From Candidatus Hydrogenedentota bacterium (GTDB lineage: Bacteria; Hydrogenedentota; Hydrogenedentia; Hydrogenedentales; SLHB01), in contig BTWA01000020.1 of NCBI GenBank assembly GCA_045863295.1, positions 1 through 64,000 on the forward strand: 64,000 nucleotides of DNA, given 5' to 3'. This document shows, in pieces, positions 1 through 10,453 of this stretch; positions within the stretch are counted from its first letter, which is position 1, and each line of letters opens with the position of its first letter. The notes beneath the pieces were generated by a model that searched no databases, was not told where the DNA came from, and saw only the letters and a list, made by a program, of their open reading frames with translations. Position numbers and translations under genes: made by a program.

Positions 1-1
1 C

Positions 2-310
2 ATCCCGGCCCCTTCCGTCCACGCCCAGCGCATGCAAGAGGTAGCGAAGCAACCAGTCAAAGCTCAGACTGGGGTTGAACAAAAGTACCGGTCGTATGTT
101 TGTGCTTTGCACGTGCTCAAGGTAGGCGCGCAGCACCGTGGTCTTTCCGGTTCCCACTTCGCCCGTTAAGGCCATAAAGCCAAGCCGCTTTTGTATCCCA
201 TACAACATCATTGCCAAAGCTTCCCGATGATTCTTGCTCATGTAGAACACGCCGGGTGTGGTCGTGATATGGAAGGGCTCGCGGGAAAGCCGGTAGTAGT
301 TCAGATACAT
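2..310 (-). CDS. ExeA/GspA-family AAA ATPase, N-terminal part (runs off the window edge)
   Basis: Hand translation (not in ORF track): MYLNYYRLSREPFHITTTPGVFYMSKNHREALAMMLYGIQKRLGFMALTGEVGTGKTTVLRAYL; ExeA-type MYxxYYxLxxxPF start and Walker A GEVGTGKT; ATG overlaps the end of the upstream gene. Confidence 0.85.
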   Translation of the reverse strand, partial: MYLNYYRLSREPFHITTTPGVFYMSKNHREALAMMLYGIQKRLGFMALTGEVGTGKTTVLRAYLEHVQSTNIRPVLLFNPSLSFDWLLRYLLHALGVDGRGRD

Positions 311-1887
311 GCCTTGTATTCCTTGTCGGACACGGTGGCAAGCACGGGAACGCCCACCCAACGTTCGATCTGCTCGGGCGCATTGATTGAATCGTCGAAG
401 TACTCGATCGTGAATGCCACCGATATTGCGGCGAACAGCGCCAGAAATACGCCCAATACAAGATTCAGAATCTTATTGGGCTTCACGGGACTCATGGGAT
501 AGGTCGCGGGCTGCACTATACCCACGTTGGACACTTTGTCTATGTCCATCGCGTTCGAAATCCTCGCGCGTTGCAGGCTGCTTCGGTACTCTTCGTAGTC
601 TTTCGCGGCAAGCTCCACTTCCCGCTCAAGCATGACAAGCTCCTGCTCGCGCGCACCCAGGCCGGCGAGCACCGCCTTTTGGGACCGCAATTCCGCTTCT
701 TGGACTTCGATCCGGCCTTCGTACGAAGCAGCCTGGGCATTTTCGTTTTCCAGAGCTAGCTTGAGTTCCTGATAACTGGAATCGATGCCGGTCGTTACTT
801 CGGTATGGGTCTCGGTCTCTCCTTCCAAGGCCTTCTCTGCTTCGGCAATCTGCTTGCGGATGTCGATTAGCGGCCGGTGCGTTTCCGGATAACGTGCCGC
901 CAAATCCGTCTCATTGAGCTTCAGTTCCAGCAGCTTTTCCTTCAGGGCATCGGCGGCAAAATTGGTCAATCCGGTGGTTCGGCTCAATTCCAAGGTTGGC
1001 TTCCGTCCGGACAGCGCCTCCGACATGCTTACGATTCGCTGCTGTGACGCGCTGAGTTGTGCCTTGCTTTCAGCCAATACCTCTTCCAACGCGCTCACCT
1101 GCTGCAATAGAACCGTCTTCTGCTGCTCCAGGCTGGTAATTCCATGCTCGGCCCGGAACGCGGCAAGCTTTTCCTCGCTCGTCGTCAATGCGTCGTGATA
1201 ATTCTTGGTCTGCTCTTCAAAAAACTCGGGCGAAGCCTGCGTGGCATGGACCCGGATATGATGCTCTTCAAATGCGCTCACAAGCTCCGCCAACGCCTGT
1301 TGCGCCAGCGACCGGCTCGGCGCGTCGTACGTCACCGAGATGATGTGGGTCTTTGCCTCCACGCTTACCGCTGTGTTTTCCAGTACGGTCTTGACGGCTT
1401 CCTCGCGGGGCGTTAGCGGAGTTGCCAAATCCAGCGCGACCAGCAGGCCGGTGCCCGCCTCGCCCGTTTCCCGCACTTCCCTCCGAAGGGATCGAAGTTC
1501 CTGCTGCGCCTCTTTCATCGCCGGCACCGGCGGTTCCACGTCGGGTCGCTCATCCGGCTTCTCCAAGAAGACGCTTGCGCCAAGCTTTTCCACCACCTGC
1601 TCGGCAATGGCGCGGCTTTTCAAAATGGACAACTCGGAGTTGACTTCCGTTTCCGCGTCGCGCGACGAATACATCGTGGGTCCGGTCACTGACGGGTCAA
1701 CCGACAGATTTTCCCGCCCCATGCGCAACAGCAGCTTGGCCTCAGAACGGTAGATTTCCTGCGTCAAGAACGTGTACAACCCGACGGCTGTCAACACCAA
1801 CAGGAATACCGTGCCTATCGACACTTTGTGCCGGAAGGCGACATAGAGGAGGTCGCGGAGCGAGTTCTTTACTATGGCGTGGCTAAT
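301..1887 (-). CDS. Polysaccharide chain-length determinant / co-polymerase (GumC/Wzz type, no fused kinase)
   Basis: Two TM segments flanking a long coiled coil, C-terminal PxxPVKPNK motif; directly downstream of wza. Start extended from 1824 to a probable ATT at 1887 to include SLRDLLYVAFRHK (see findings). Confidence 0.85.
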   Translation of the reverse strand: MSHAIVKNSLRDLLYVAFRHKVSIGTVFLLVLTAVGLYTFLTQEIYRSEAKLLLRMGRENLSVDPSVTGPTMYSSRDAETEVNSELSILKSRAIAEQVVEKLGASVFLEKPDERPDVEPPVPAMKEAQQELRSLRREVRETGEAGTGLLVALDLATPLTPREEAVKTVLENTAVSVEAKTHIISVTYDAPSRSLAQQALAELVSAFEEHHIRVHATQASPEFFEEQTKNYHDALTTSEEKLAAFRAEHGITSLEQQKTVLLQQVSALEEVLAESKAQLSASQQRIVSMSEALSGRKPTLELSRTTGLTNFAADALKEKLLELKLNETDLAARYPETHRPLIDIRKQIAEAEKALEGETETHTEVTTGIDSSYQELKLALENENAQAASYEGRIEVQEAELRSQKAVLAGLGAREQELVMLEREVELAAKDYEEYRSSLQRARISNAMDIDKVSNVGIVQPATYPMSPVKPNKILNLVLGVFLALFAAISVAFTIEYFDDSINAPEQIERWVGVPVLATVSDKEYKACI

Positions 1888-2702
1888 GTTGCTTCTCCCA
1901 CGTTGGCCGATACGTTGCTGAATGTGGACAGCAAATCGGCCGCGCGTTGATTTCTGCTCGCGTCATCGTCGTCGTCCAAGTTGTCGGTATGGCTAAAGGT
2001 ATATTGGAAATGAAGATTGCGCGGGATGATTTTGTTGATGTACTGCTCGACCCATTGATCGACCTTGTCGATGTTGGTTCTCGGCACATACACGATATCC
2101 CGGGGAGCCAGCTCAAAATTCGCGGTTTCGGGAGATTCCAGCATCTCTCGCATATCGATCGTTGTCGCGTATTGCTGATTGCCGCTTTGGCGGATGATCA
2201 CCACGGTGCTGAGGCGGGCACTGTCTTTGCGCGGGCCGCCCGCCTGCATCACCGCCTCCAGCGCGGTCAAACGGCCTTGAATTGGCACCAATCCCGGCGA
2301 ATAAACTTCGCCACCGACGTACACGCGATGACTGTCAAGCGACCGCACGACAACTGAAATTTCCGGCTCGCGAAGCTTGTCTTCGTACTGTGTCAACAGA
2401 CTCTGCCTAAGTTCTTCGGGTTCCATGCCTTCAGCAATGACGTCTCCCACAAGCTGCAGGGAGATTTTGCCGTCCGGCCGGATGGCTTGGCTGTTTTCAT
2501 TCAACTCGGGCCAATACAGGAATTTCACTTCCAGAACATCGCCCGGCTTCAGCAGTACCTTTGGATCTTCTGCAACCGGAAACGACGCGGTGGGTTCGGG
2601 CGTGGTCACGCAGCCGAGAACCAGCGTCATCGATGCAATCGAAATGACTGCCATCGCAACACGTGTTGGTCTGCGACCGCTTGTGGCATGACTCAGGGTC
2701 AT
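1872..2702 (-). CDS. wza: Polysaccharide export outer-membrane lipoprotein
   Basis: Lipobox LVLGC; LKPGDVLEVKF, IRPDGKISLQLVG, VYVGGEVYSPG and LAPRDIVYVP (Poly_export + SLBB). Start at ATG 2702 after AAGGTG. Confidence 0.9.
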   Translation of the reverse strand: MTLSHATSGRRPTRVAMAVISIASMTLVLGCVTTPEPTASFPVAEDPKVLLKPGDVLEVKFLYWPELNENSQAIRPDGKISLQLVGDVIAEGMEPEELRQSLLTQYEDKLREPEISVVVRSLDSHRVYVGGEVYSPGLVPIQGRLTALEAVMQAGGPRKDSARLSTVVIIRQSGNQQYATTIDMREMLESPETANFELAPRDIVYVPRTNIDKVDQWVEQYINKIIPRNLHFQYTFSHTDNLDDDDDASRNQRAADLLSTFSNVSANVGEATLATP

Positions 2703-2881
2703 GAATAGGTACACCTTTCTCGTTCCGCAATTCATAGTCGAGGAGTAATGGGGCCAAGCTTCAACAGCATTTGCTTGTGTCTTCGCCGTGCCTGTCGAGT
2801 GTATTACCGCAAGTTCAGAAAGGAGTCTTCCCCAATCGATTAGTTCTACAACTTCAGAACCTATGTGACCGGCTGCTCTTG

Positions 2882-2897
2882 AGCAAGAAGCGGGCCA
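2882..2897 (-). promoter_or_regulatory. Sigma54 (-24/-12) promoter upstream of wza
   Basis: Minus strand reads TGGCCC-GCTTC-TTGCT versus consensus TGGCAC-N5-TTGCW, with exact GG-N10-GC spacing, ~180 nt upstream of wza in a long intergenic region. Confidence 0.6.
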
Positions 2898-3240
2898 TAT
2901 TCAAACAATCGTGTATCCGACGCGATGGAGAACGGAAGTGTTTGTGCGGTGCGTCGAGTTGCAAGGAGTATGGTGTGCAATGATTTGCGTGTTGTTTGGG
3001 GATTGCTAAATTGCTGCGAAATTATTGGCAAGCCCCCAGCGCACGAAAGAGTTTTCATTCTCGCAAACTGTCAGAAATCGTGACATTCTGGCGGTTTTCA
3101 GGCAGACAGGCTACATAAAAGTAGGACATTTTGGTGTAAAAACTGATGTTCATTCCGACCGTTTGCGTCGATTCGCATGCAGCCAAATGCGAAACCGGTA
3201 TCTAGCACGAAAACGTGGACTGCGAAATCTCATGCACCCA

Positions 3241-3280
3241 ATAAAAAGGGTGCATCAATCTCATTGATAGATGCACCCTT
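3241..3280 (-). terminator. Intrinsic terminator downstream of UDP-xylose synthase
   Basis: Stem AAGGGTGCATC / GATGCACCCTT (3246-3256 / 3270-3280) followed on the minus strand by a T-rich tail (TTTTTATT). Confidence 0.75.
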
Positions 3281-3384
3281 CATTTGAAAAGTCACCGGCA
3301 TGTAGCTTCCGGTGCTATTGCGATTCATTGATGCGCGGGTGATGCTTACGGTCGCATTCGCAAGCGCGCCTCGCGCAATTCAAC

Positions 3385-4332
3385 TTATTTAGTCCCTTGC
3401 TTCACAACCTTTTCGAAATATTCGATCGTCTTGGGGAGACCTTGTTGCAGAGAGATCGTGGGTTCCCAACCCAGCTTTTCTTTCGCCAAGGCGATGTCAG
3501 GCCTGCGGCATTTCGGATCGTCTGAAGGAAGCGGCCGGAATTCGAGTTTGCTCTTGCCACCGACAAGTTTTAGGACTTCATCCGCGAGTTCGAGCATCGT
3601 GAATTCACCCGGATTTCCAAGATTCACCGGACCGGTAAAGCCATCTGTATCCATCATGCGGATAAATCCTTCCACCAGATCGTCCACGTAACAGAAAGAG
3701 CGCGTCTGGCTGCCATCGCCGAAAATCGTAATGGGTTCGCCGCGCAGGGCTTGCACCACGAAATTGCTCACGACACGCCCGTCGTTGACCAACATGCGGG
3801 GTCCGTAGGTGTTGAAGATGCGCACAACGCGGATATCGACGTTGTTCTGCCGGTGATAGTCGAAGAAGAGCGTCTCCGCGACGCGCTTGCCTTCGTCATA
3901 GCAACTGCGCAGCCCCACCGTGTTGACGTTGCCCCAATAGGATTCCGGCTGAGGATGAACTTTGGGATCGCCGTATACTTCCGAGGTGGACGCCTGCATG
4001 ATGCGAGCGCCTACGCGCTTGGCCATCCCCAGCATGTTGAGCGCACCCATGACGTTGGTCTTTACCGTCTTGACGGGGTTGTGCTGGTAGTGTACGGGAG
4101 ACGCCGGGCAGGCCAGATTATAGACCCGATCTACCTCCAGCAGAATCGGTTCAATAACGTCATGCCGGATCAGTTCAAAGTGCGGATTGGGCAAAAGATG
4201 TTCAATGTTCACCTTACGGCCGGTGAAAAAGTTATCGAGACAGAGAACCTGCTCGCCGCGTGCCAGAAGACGTTCGCACAGGTGGGAACCCAGAAAGCCG
4301 GCTCCGCCTGTAACCAGATTGACGAGTGCCAT
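3385..4332 (-). CDS. uxs: UDP-glucuronate decarboxylase (UDP-xylose synthase), extended SDR
   Basis: [50 protein letters not shown] and [10 protein letters not shown]. Confidence 0.95.
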   Translation of the reverse strand: MALVNLVTGGAGFLGSHLCERLLARGEQVLCLDNFFTGRKVNIEHLLPNPHFELIRHDVIEPILLEVDRVYNLACPASPVHYQHNPVKTVKTNVMGALNMLGMAKRVGARIMQASTSEVYGDPKVHPQPESYWGNVNTVGLRSCYDEGKRVAETLFFDYHRQNNVDIRVVRIFNTYGPRMLVNDGRVVSNFVVQALRGEPITIFGDGSQTRSFCYVDDLVEGFIRMMDTDGFTGPVNLGNPGEFTMLELADEVLKLVGGKSKLEFRPLPSDDPKCRRPDIALAKEKLGWEPTISLQQGLPKTIEYFEKVVKQGTK

Positions 4333-4550
4333 GAGCGATTCCTCATATACAAGGTTGGGTCAATGCGGTGGACTGGAAGTGCACGCGCTTGCGTGCGAGG
4401 CCACCGCGGCTAGGAGCGGTATCGTATTCGCAGAGCACGGTGCGAGTCAACGGTTCCGTCAAATTCAAAAAACATGCCGCGCGGACGTGACCGCGCGGCA
4501 TATTTTGCCGTACTGTTTCTATGCGACGCCCAAAGGCCCCGCAACGTGAT

Positions 4551-5771
4551 TTAGTTTCCCGGCAGTTCAAACGAGTCGATGGATTCGCCCTTGTGATTGA
4601 TGGCTTCGAACTTTAGACCGCTGGCACTCACGTCCACGATCCAAAAATGGGCCATCGCCAATTGCTTTTCGTTGTACCAACGAAGTGCCGGCTCAACGGT
4701 GCGGGCGGGACGGCCAAAACAACCATCCCCAATATACACCGTGCCATTGTCGTTTACCTGTCCACCCACAATTGGTTTGGTCCGTTTAAACACGTGATCG
4801 TGATGCTCCAGCCCAACCGTCAGTCCGTATTGATCGAACAACGGTCCCCAATGTTCCCTGCCCAGCTTGGATCCCGCGCCTTCAAAGTCGCGATGCGCGG
4901 GATACAGCGGCACATGGTAGGCCGCGAATTTGTATTGCACATTTTGGTGCGCTTCCAATTCTCTTTTCAGCCATTCGGCCTGAGCGCCGCCGTGCGGCAC
5001 AACGTGACCACTGTCCAAAAGGAATAAGACGAGGTTGTCGCCGACCTTGCGCGTGTAATAGATATTTTCGCCCTGGCGGCCAAAAAGACTAGTATACCAC
5101 GGCGCGGTGATCGCGTAATCGTCGCCGCGGTAGTCATTGGTTTCATGATTGCCGATGGCCGTGACAATCGGAATCATTCGGCCATCGGTCGTCACCATAT
5201 GCTTGTCCCAATTGTCCAGCCATTTATCCCATTTGGCGAATTCGCCGAGCAGTCCGTTTACATACGCGATGTCTCCCCCGATGAGCCCAAAATCGGGATC
5301 CGCTTTTCCTGCATGTGTAAGCAAAGGAATTACCAGACCGTCCACGCCCATGTCCCCGCCGTTCACAAAACGCACGGGATTCGTGCCGCCGGGAAGGGTC
5401 CGGAATTTACGCTCTTTCGTGTAACCAAACTCTTCCTGCCCTGCTACGAAATAGTACGTCTTGCCGGGTTCCAACCCGCTGAGCACACCAACGTGCATCG
5501 CGCGCTCATCGCTTAGTTCCATCAACGTCTGCACATGAGGTGCCTTGACTTGATGTGCGTACTTGTCTTTGTTGCCGTCGCGAGGTTCGGTGTCGTAGTA
5601 GACAACGACGTCGGATGCGCGTTCCGGCAAAATCACATTCACGTCAATCGTCGTTTCCGGCGCTCCGGAATAGGTTAGATACACGTGGCTCGGTTCGGCG
5701 ACGGCGAGCGGGACGATTGCGATCAAGCTTGCGACGACAGCCAGCAACAGTAACTTTCGAATTTTGATCAT
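4551..5771 (-). CDS. Secreted purple acid phosphatase-family metallophosphoesterase with FN3-like N-domain
   Basis: Signal peptide; LSGLEPGKTYYF; metal motifs GDMG, GDIAY, GNHE, YHVP and EHHDH. Confidence 0.85.
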   Translation of the reverse strand: MIKIRKLLLLAVVASLIAIVPLAVAEPSHVYLTYSGAPETTIDVNVILPERASDVVVYYDTEPRDGNKDKYAHQVKAPHVQTLMELSDERAMHVGVLSGLEPGKTYYFVAGQEEFGYTKERKFRTLPGGTNPVRFVNGGDMGVDGLVIPLLTHAGKADPDFGLIGGDIAYVNGLLGEFAKWDKWLDNWDKHMVTTDGRMIPIVTAIGNHETNDYRGDDYAITAPWYTSLFGRQGENIYYTRKVGDNLVLFLLDSGHVVPHGGAQAEWLKRELEAHQNVQYKFAAYHVPLYPAHRDFEGAGSKLGREHWGPLFDQYGLTVGLEHHDHVFKRTKPIVGGQVNDNGTVYIGDGCFGRPARTVEPALRWYNEKQLAMAHFWIVDVSASGLKFEAINHKGESIDSFELPGN

Positions 5772-5911
5772 GATCACCAAATCCCTCATTGATTGTAATG
5801 ATTAACATGCAAAGTGCAGGATGCGCCCGATACGGTTACTATAATGCTTTCAGACCGGTCATTGCCACTCATCCGGACCCGTTGATGGACCGCGACGTCA
5901 CGCCAATGGGA

Positions 5912-7054
5912 TTACCGGTTGACCACCCAGGCTTCGTCAAACCGTGCAAAGACGATTGATTCGTACGGATGCTTTTCACCCCGCTCATACAAGCAGCCCA
6001 TCTCATCGCCAAGATCAATTGGGCACGAGTACGCCGAAGGTCCCGTGTACACGGATCGGGCATGACTCCACGTGGCCCCATCGTCCATGCTCAGACGTGC
6101 CGTCATGTTTTCACGCTTAAGGCTCGCGGGGTTCGTAAAGAGCAACTTTCCCGGCGTGCCGCTCTGTGGCCATGCCACACGCACAAGACCGGCCTGACAG
6201 ACCGGTTCGATTAACGCCTTGTCGTCCACCGGATTCGACCAAGTGGCGCCGCCGTCAGCGCTCCGGGCGACGCTGCGAAGTTGCCGGCGGAAATAGGCGC
6301 GCATGTTCAAGAGCATCGCTCCGGAGGGCGCGGACAATTCCACGACTTGACATTCGTTTACGAATGGCCGCACAACGCCGCCCAAGTGCCAGGTTTCGCC
6401 ATGATCGTCGCTGTAAATGACATGCGATCCAAAACCAAACCCGCCTTCGCCTATTGAATGCTCGGCATCGGGATAGCTGTGGTCGCACGGCACAACCAAC
6501 CGCCCTACATGCGGGCCGTGTTTCAATTGAATGCCTACCCCCGGACCCGTCGCATACCATCCCCATGATGGATCTTTCGTGCTCTGCGTGATTTCCTGGG
6601 GCGCTGTCCACGTGTGTCCGTCGTCATCGCTTTTCATCATCCAGACTGTACGCGTCGATTCGGATTCGCCACGGATTATTGCGCCTTCCTTGTCGTGTCC
6701 AAGGTTGTGCGTCATAAGCAGCAGGATGGCGCCCGTGGTATCATCCACGACCGGACAGGGATTGCCGCATGTATTGGCGCCATCGTCCCACAATACCTTC
6801 ATTTCTCCCCAAGTGGCGCCGCCGTCATTGCTTCTACGAACAATCAGATCAATGTTGCCCGCGTCGCCTTGCCCTTCTTTGCGCCCCTCCGCGAATGCCA
6901 GCAGTGCCCCCTTGGGTGTTTCGATGACGGCCGGAATCCGGTAGGTGTGATATGGCCCCTGCCCGGCTTGATAGACGACTGTTTCGCGCAGTTCCGCGCC
7001 ACGAGCATGAATAACGGCCGCGCATGCCAAAACGGCCAGTAATCCCCGTTTCAT
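5912..7054 (-). CDS. Secreted sialidase (GH33)
   Basis: YRIP motif and Asp-boxes SNDGGATW, SDDDGHTW, SDDHGETW, SADGGATW, SMDDGATW; SAYS; signal peptide. Confidence 0.9.
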   Translation of the reverse strand: MKRGLLAVLACAAVIHARGAELRETVVYQAGQGPYHTYRIPAVIETPKGALLAFAEGRKEGQGDAGNIDLIVRRSNDGGATWGEMKVLWDDGANTCGNPCPVVDDTTGAILLLMTHNLGHDKEGAIIRGESESTRTVWMMKSDDDGHTWTAPQEITQSTKDPSWGWYATGPGVGIQLKHGPHVGRLVVPCDHSYPDAEHSIGEGGFGFGSHVIYSDDHGETWHLGGVVRPFVNECQVVELSAPSGAMLLNMRAYFRRQLRSVARSADGGATWSNPVDDKALIEPVCQAGLVRVAWPQSGTPGKLLFTNPASLKRENMTARLSMDDGATWSHARSVYTGPSAYSCPIDLGDEMGCLYERGEKHPYESIVFARFDEAWVVNR

Positions 7055-7323
7055 CGTACTGCCACTCCTCTCGCCGAGTATTCGGCGACAGCCCCTTCGG
7101 CCGCGCCAATTCCTGGACCAATGCCGTAACCGGATTCAATAGGGAAAGCTGCCTGTATGTCAAGTATTTACAGCCACGGGAATTGGCACGCGTTTGAGAT
7201 GGGTTGTATAGTGGTATCGAATACATGGTCGTGAGTCCGCATTCGCATCTCGACGTGATTGGCGAAGACCACCGGGCAGTGCATGCAATCCGGTTAGCGG
7301 ACACTACCTAGCTGCGAGGCGAT

Positions 7324-8607
7324 ATGAACAAGCGATTTACAGGGTTGTTGGCTGTCTGTGCGGCTTTGGTTGCAACCGCCGGATTTTACATCGGGTCGGG
7401 CGGGTTTAGTCTGGGCTGGTCCACGCCGGTGGCAAGCGCAGGTGATAACACGGCCGAATCCTCGCCGGCCGCAGAGCCGGACCACGTATCGGAGAACGCA
7501 TCCATGATAAAAGTTCGTGTCATTGGACAGGACGGGCAATTGACCCAGGCGGTGGAACTGCCCAAGCTAATCCTGAGTGACGAAGAATGGAAGAGTCGAC
7601 TGACACCGGACCAGTTCATGATTCTTCGTGCAAAAGGCACGGAGCGGCCGTTCTGCGGCACGCTTCTGGACAACAAGAAGGAAGGATACTATCTGTGCGT
7701 GGGCTGCAAGTTGCCCTTGTTTCAATCCGGTCAGAAATTCAATTCCGGCACGGGCTGGCCCAGCTTTTATGCGCCCGTGGCAGAGGAAAACATTACCGAG
7801 ATATCCGACTCCAGTCACGGCATGATTCGCACGGAAATACTCTGCGCCCGGTGCGATGGACACCTCGGCCACGTATTTGAGGATGGCCCGCCCCCAACCG
7901 GCCTGCGCTACTGCTTGAACTCCGAGTCGCTGACATTTGTCGATCAGGCAGACGCGAAATCGGCCGCGGAAGTCATCCCCGCATCCGTAACGGAGTCAAA
8001 GCCGGACAAGCCCAAAGTCGGCGGACGCCTGCCTGCGCCTGAAAAGGACACGGCCTTGGCCGCGGCGACGGGAAAGAATCGCGCCGTATTTGCGGGTGGC
8101 TGCTTCTGGTGCACCGAGGCCGTCTTTGAAGACATTGACGGCGTGTACGAGGTCGTATCCGGATACACCGGAGGCGAGGCAAGCACGGCGAACTACAAGG
8201 CCGTGTGCAATGGCGATACCGGCCATGCCGAAGCCATTCGGATCGAGTACGATCCCGCCAAAGTTACGTTTGGCCAGTTGCTGCGTATCTTCTTCGCGAC
8301 GCATAACCCGACCACATTGAACCGCCAAGGGCCTGACTCCGGAACCCAATACCGTTCCGCGATCTTCTTCGCCGACGAAGAACAGAAAGCAGTGGCCGAC
8401 GCGTACATCAAGCAGCTTACTGCCGCCGGTTCATTTTCGAAGCCCATCGTCACGACGTTGGAACCGTTAACGGAATTCTACGATGCGGAGGAGTATCACC
8501 AGGACTTCGCCAAAGTGAATCCCGCGCATCCCTACGTGCAAATGTGGGCCATGCCCAAATTGGAGAAGTTGAAGGAAGCGTTTGCGGAGCATATGAAGGA
8601 AGAGTAG
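7324..8607 (+). CDS. msrAB: Exported bifunctional peptide methionine sulfoxide reductase (MsrB-MsrA fusion)
   Basis: MsrB GTERPF, GWPSF, HLGHVF, RYCLNS with two CxxC; Msr[28 protein letters not shown]-terminal hydrophobic leader. Confidence 0.93.
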   Translation: MNKRFTGLLAVCAALVATAGFYIGSGGFSLGWSTPVASAGDNTAESSPAAEPDHVSENASMIKVRVIGQDGQLTQAVELPKLILSDEEWKSRLTPDQFMILRAKGTERPFCGTLLDNKKEGYYLCVGCKLPLFQSGQKFNSGTGWPSFYAPVAEENITEISDSSHGMIRTEILCARCDGHLGHVFEDGPPPTGLRYCLNSESLTFVDQADAKSAAEVIPASVTESKPDKPKVGGRLPAPEKDTALAAATGKNRAVFAGGCFWCTEAVFEDIDGVYEVVSGYTGGEASTANYKAVCNGDTGHAEAIRIEYDPAKVTFGQLLRIFFATHNPTTLNRQGPDSGTQYRSAIFFADEEQKAVADAYIKQLTAAGSFSKPIVTTLEPLTEFYDAEEYHQDFAKVNPAHPYVQMWAMPKLEKLKEAFAEHMKEE

Positions 8608-8642
8608 GCTGATTCACATTCTTTTTGGAAACATCCCCGCGG

Positions 8643-9362
8643 TCATTCCGCGGGGTTTTCGTTTGCCGGCAAGGAGACCGGCTTCGCCTTGAGCCGGACA
8701 TTGATATAGATATGGCAACGATCCTTCACGCGAACAGCCCCAAGAAAAGCGGAGTATGGCTCGATGTTGAACCGGGTTAGATAGATGGGCGCGACGGCAA
8801 CGAGGGAAAGCGTGTCTCCTTCCTTAATCGCGTCGTAATACACCGGCAGATCCAACGTCACCCCTTTAATGGTCACGGAGACCTCAGCCGAATTCATGTA
8901 TTCCTTGTCGCTGTACACGCGCGGCTTCAAACCCGCGGCTTTTACGGTCGCCGTGATCTCTGGATATGCCGTTGCATCCAACTGCGCATCGGAGAGCATC
9001 GTCTGTTGAACGTTCTTGCGATCCTCCTCTGGCACCGTGGAAAAACCTTCCTTTAGAATCCATGTCTCCTTCACCTTTGGCCACCACTTGGCCTGCAAAT
9101 CCGGATCGTCCGCCGTCAACGACGCGGTTTTTGCCTGAAAGGTACACCTCAAGGAGGAATCGACGCCTTCGTCCATGGAGGCCGACATTTCGTAATCGGT
9201 TGCAACGACAAAATGGTTATGGGCAAACCGGGATGCAAGGCCCTCCTTGTACGTGACTATTGCGAACACGGACTCCGCCCTGTCTACTTCATATTCCGTG
9301 GCAAAGGAAGCCGCCGCAAATAGTCCCATGGCTGTTGCGGCAAGTGTGCGAGACGTGATCAT
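8643..9362 (-). CDS. YceI-family secreted protein
   Basis: Signal peptide; YEVDRAES, AHNH, LDATAYPEIT, VTIKGVT, FNIEPYSAFLGAVRVKD. Confidence 0.7.
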   Translation of the reverse strand: MITSRTLAATAMGLFAAASFATEYEVDRAESVFAIVTYKEGLASRFAHNHFVVATDYEMSASMDEGVDSSLRCTFQAKTASLTADDPDLQAKWWPKVKETWILKEGFSTVPEEDRKNVQQTMLSDAQLDATAYPEITATVKAAGLKPRVYSDKEYMNSAEVSVTIKGVTLDLPVYYDAIKEGDTLSLVAVAPIYLTRFNIEPYSAFLGAVRVKDRCHIYINVRLKAKPVSLPANENPAE

Positions 9363-9541
9363 ACAGCACCCTCCCAGACTTCTTGACGTATGTGCAGATG
9401 TTTGCCTTTGAAGATGTATTCTCCGGGCATCGGGAATGGAGTCCGGGATTCAAAAGGGCACTGTCTGCGGAACAAGGCCATTCGGGCAAGTGCGCTACTT
9501 TCCATGAATTCGACACGGACAATCACCAACAGGAACGCGGC

Positions 9542-9799
9542 TTACTCCTGGATTGACTCCTCATCCAGGTCGATCAGGGTCTTATCGCCAAGTGTCCCGT
9601 TGTGAAAGAGCACGCGTATCAGGATGCGCCCGCTGCGCCATTCGTAGAGATCGGTCTCGACTCGATTGGAAGACAGACCGGGCATGACGTCAGCATCGAT
9701 GGAATCGAGCAGCCGCTGCGGCTCGCCAAGAATCGAACTGACCTCGTCAAATCCCATGCCCGGCGTTAATCGATCAAATTCCGCCTGTGTGCATGCCAC
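9542..9799 (-). CDS. Small hypothetical protein (BLIP/SmpA-like repeat)
   Basis: GTG start after GGAGGT; FDRLTPGMGFDEVSSILGEP and YEW pattern. Confidence 0.6.
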   Translation of the reverse strand: MACTQAEFDRLTPGMGFDEVSSILGEPQRLLDSIDADVMPGLSSNRVETDLYEWRSGRILIRVLFHNGTLGDKTLIDLDEESIQE

Positions 9800-9832
9800 G
9801 AATGCGCACCTCCACGCAGCGGGCCAACAGGG

Positions 9833-10453
9833 TCAGTTGGTCACCGCATACTTGGCCTCGGCCGTCAGTGGCGGGGCCGTCTCGCCCTCTGCAACGACCG
9901 CGTCCGGAGTCGCCAGTGGGTCGCCGTTAATGCCGAATGCCGTAATTCCCAAGGTATACTCGCCCGCGGCCGCGCCCGCCGGCACGGTAGTCTTTCTCGA
10001 CCAGATGCCGTCGCCGGCCACCGCATCCCCTTCGAGCCCGTTGTCGTACAAATCAAAGGTGGCTTCGGCCGCGGTGGAATCCTTCACTGCGACTGTGTCG
10101 ACTACTTTGTTCGTATCCACAATCGAAATAGAGACAAGAATTTCTTCGCCCGGTTTCGCTGACTGCGGTTCGACCTTGGGGTCGACCAAAGCGAGAGTAG
10201 GTGCGGGCGGTGGCGCCACCCCGTCCTCCTGCACGGCATTCGAGTCCATCACGCTGTGCAGATTCATCTTCATGGGTTCACCGTACTGCCCTGAAATGGC
10301 CCCCAACGCCTTCATTTGTTCCAAGATTAGTTGAATCTCTTCGAGGCTGCCCGTAAGGGTTACCGAAACCGTGATTTCGCCGTTCGCCCGGACCACAAAC
10401 ATCCCGGCCAGCAAGGTTGCCCCGATCATCCACTGCAGCAGGTGTCTCTTCAT
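9833..10453 (-). CDS. Secreted hypothetical protein with Ig-like domain and LYDxG-D-x-GDGxWS motif
   Basis: Signal peptide MKRHLLQW...VRA; LYDNGLEGDAVAGDGIWS resembles the choice-of-anchor X / calcium-loop motif. Confidence 0.7.
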   Translation of the reverse strand: MKRHLLQWMIGATLLAGMFVVRANGEITVSVTLTGSLEEIQLILEQMKALGAISGQYGEPMKMNLHSVMDSNAVQEDGVAPPPAPTLALVDPKVEPQSAKPGEEILVSISIVDTNKVVDTVAVKDSTAAEATFDLYDNGLEGDAVAGDGIWSRKTTVPAGAAAGEYTLGITAFGINGDPLATPDAVVAEGETAPPLTAEAKYAVTN

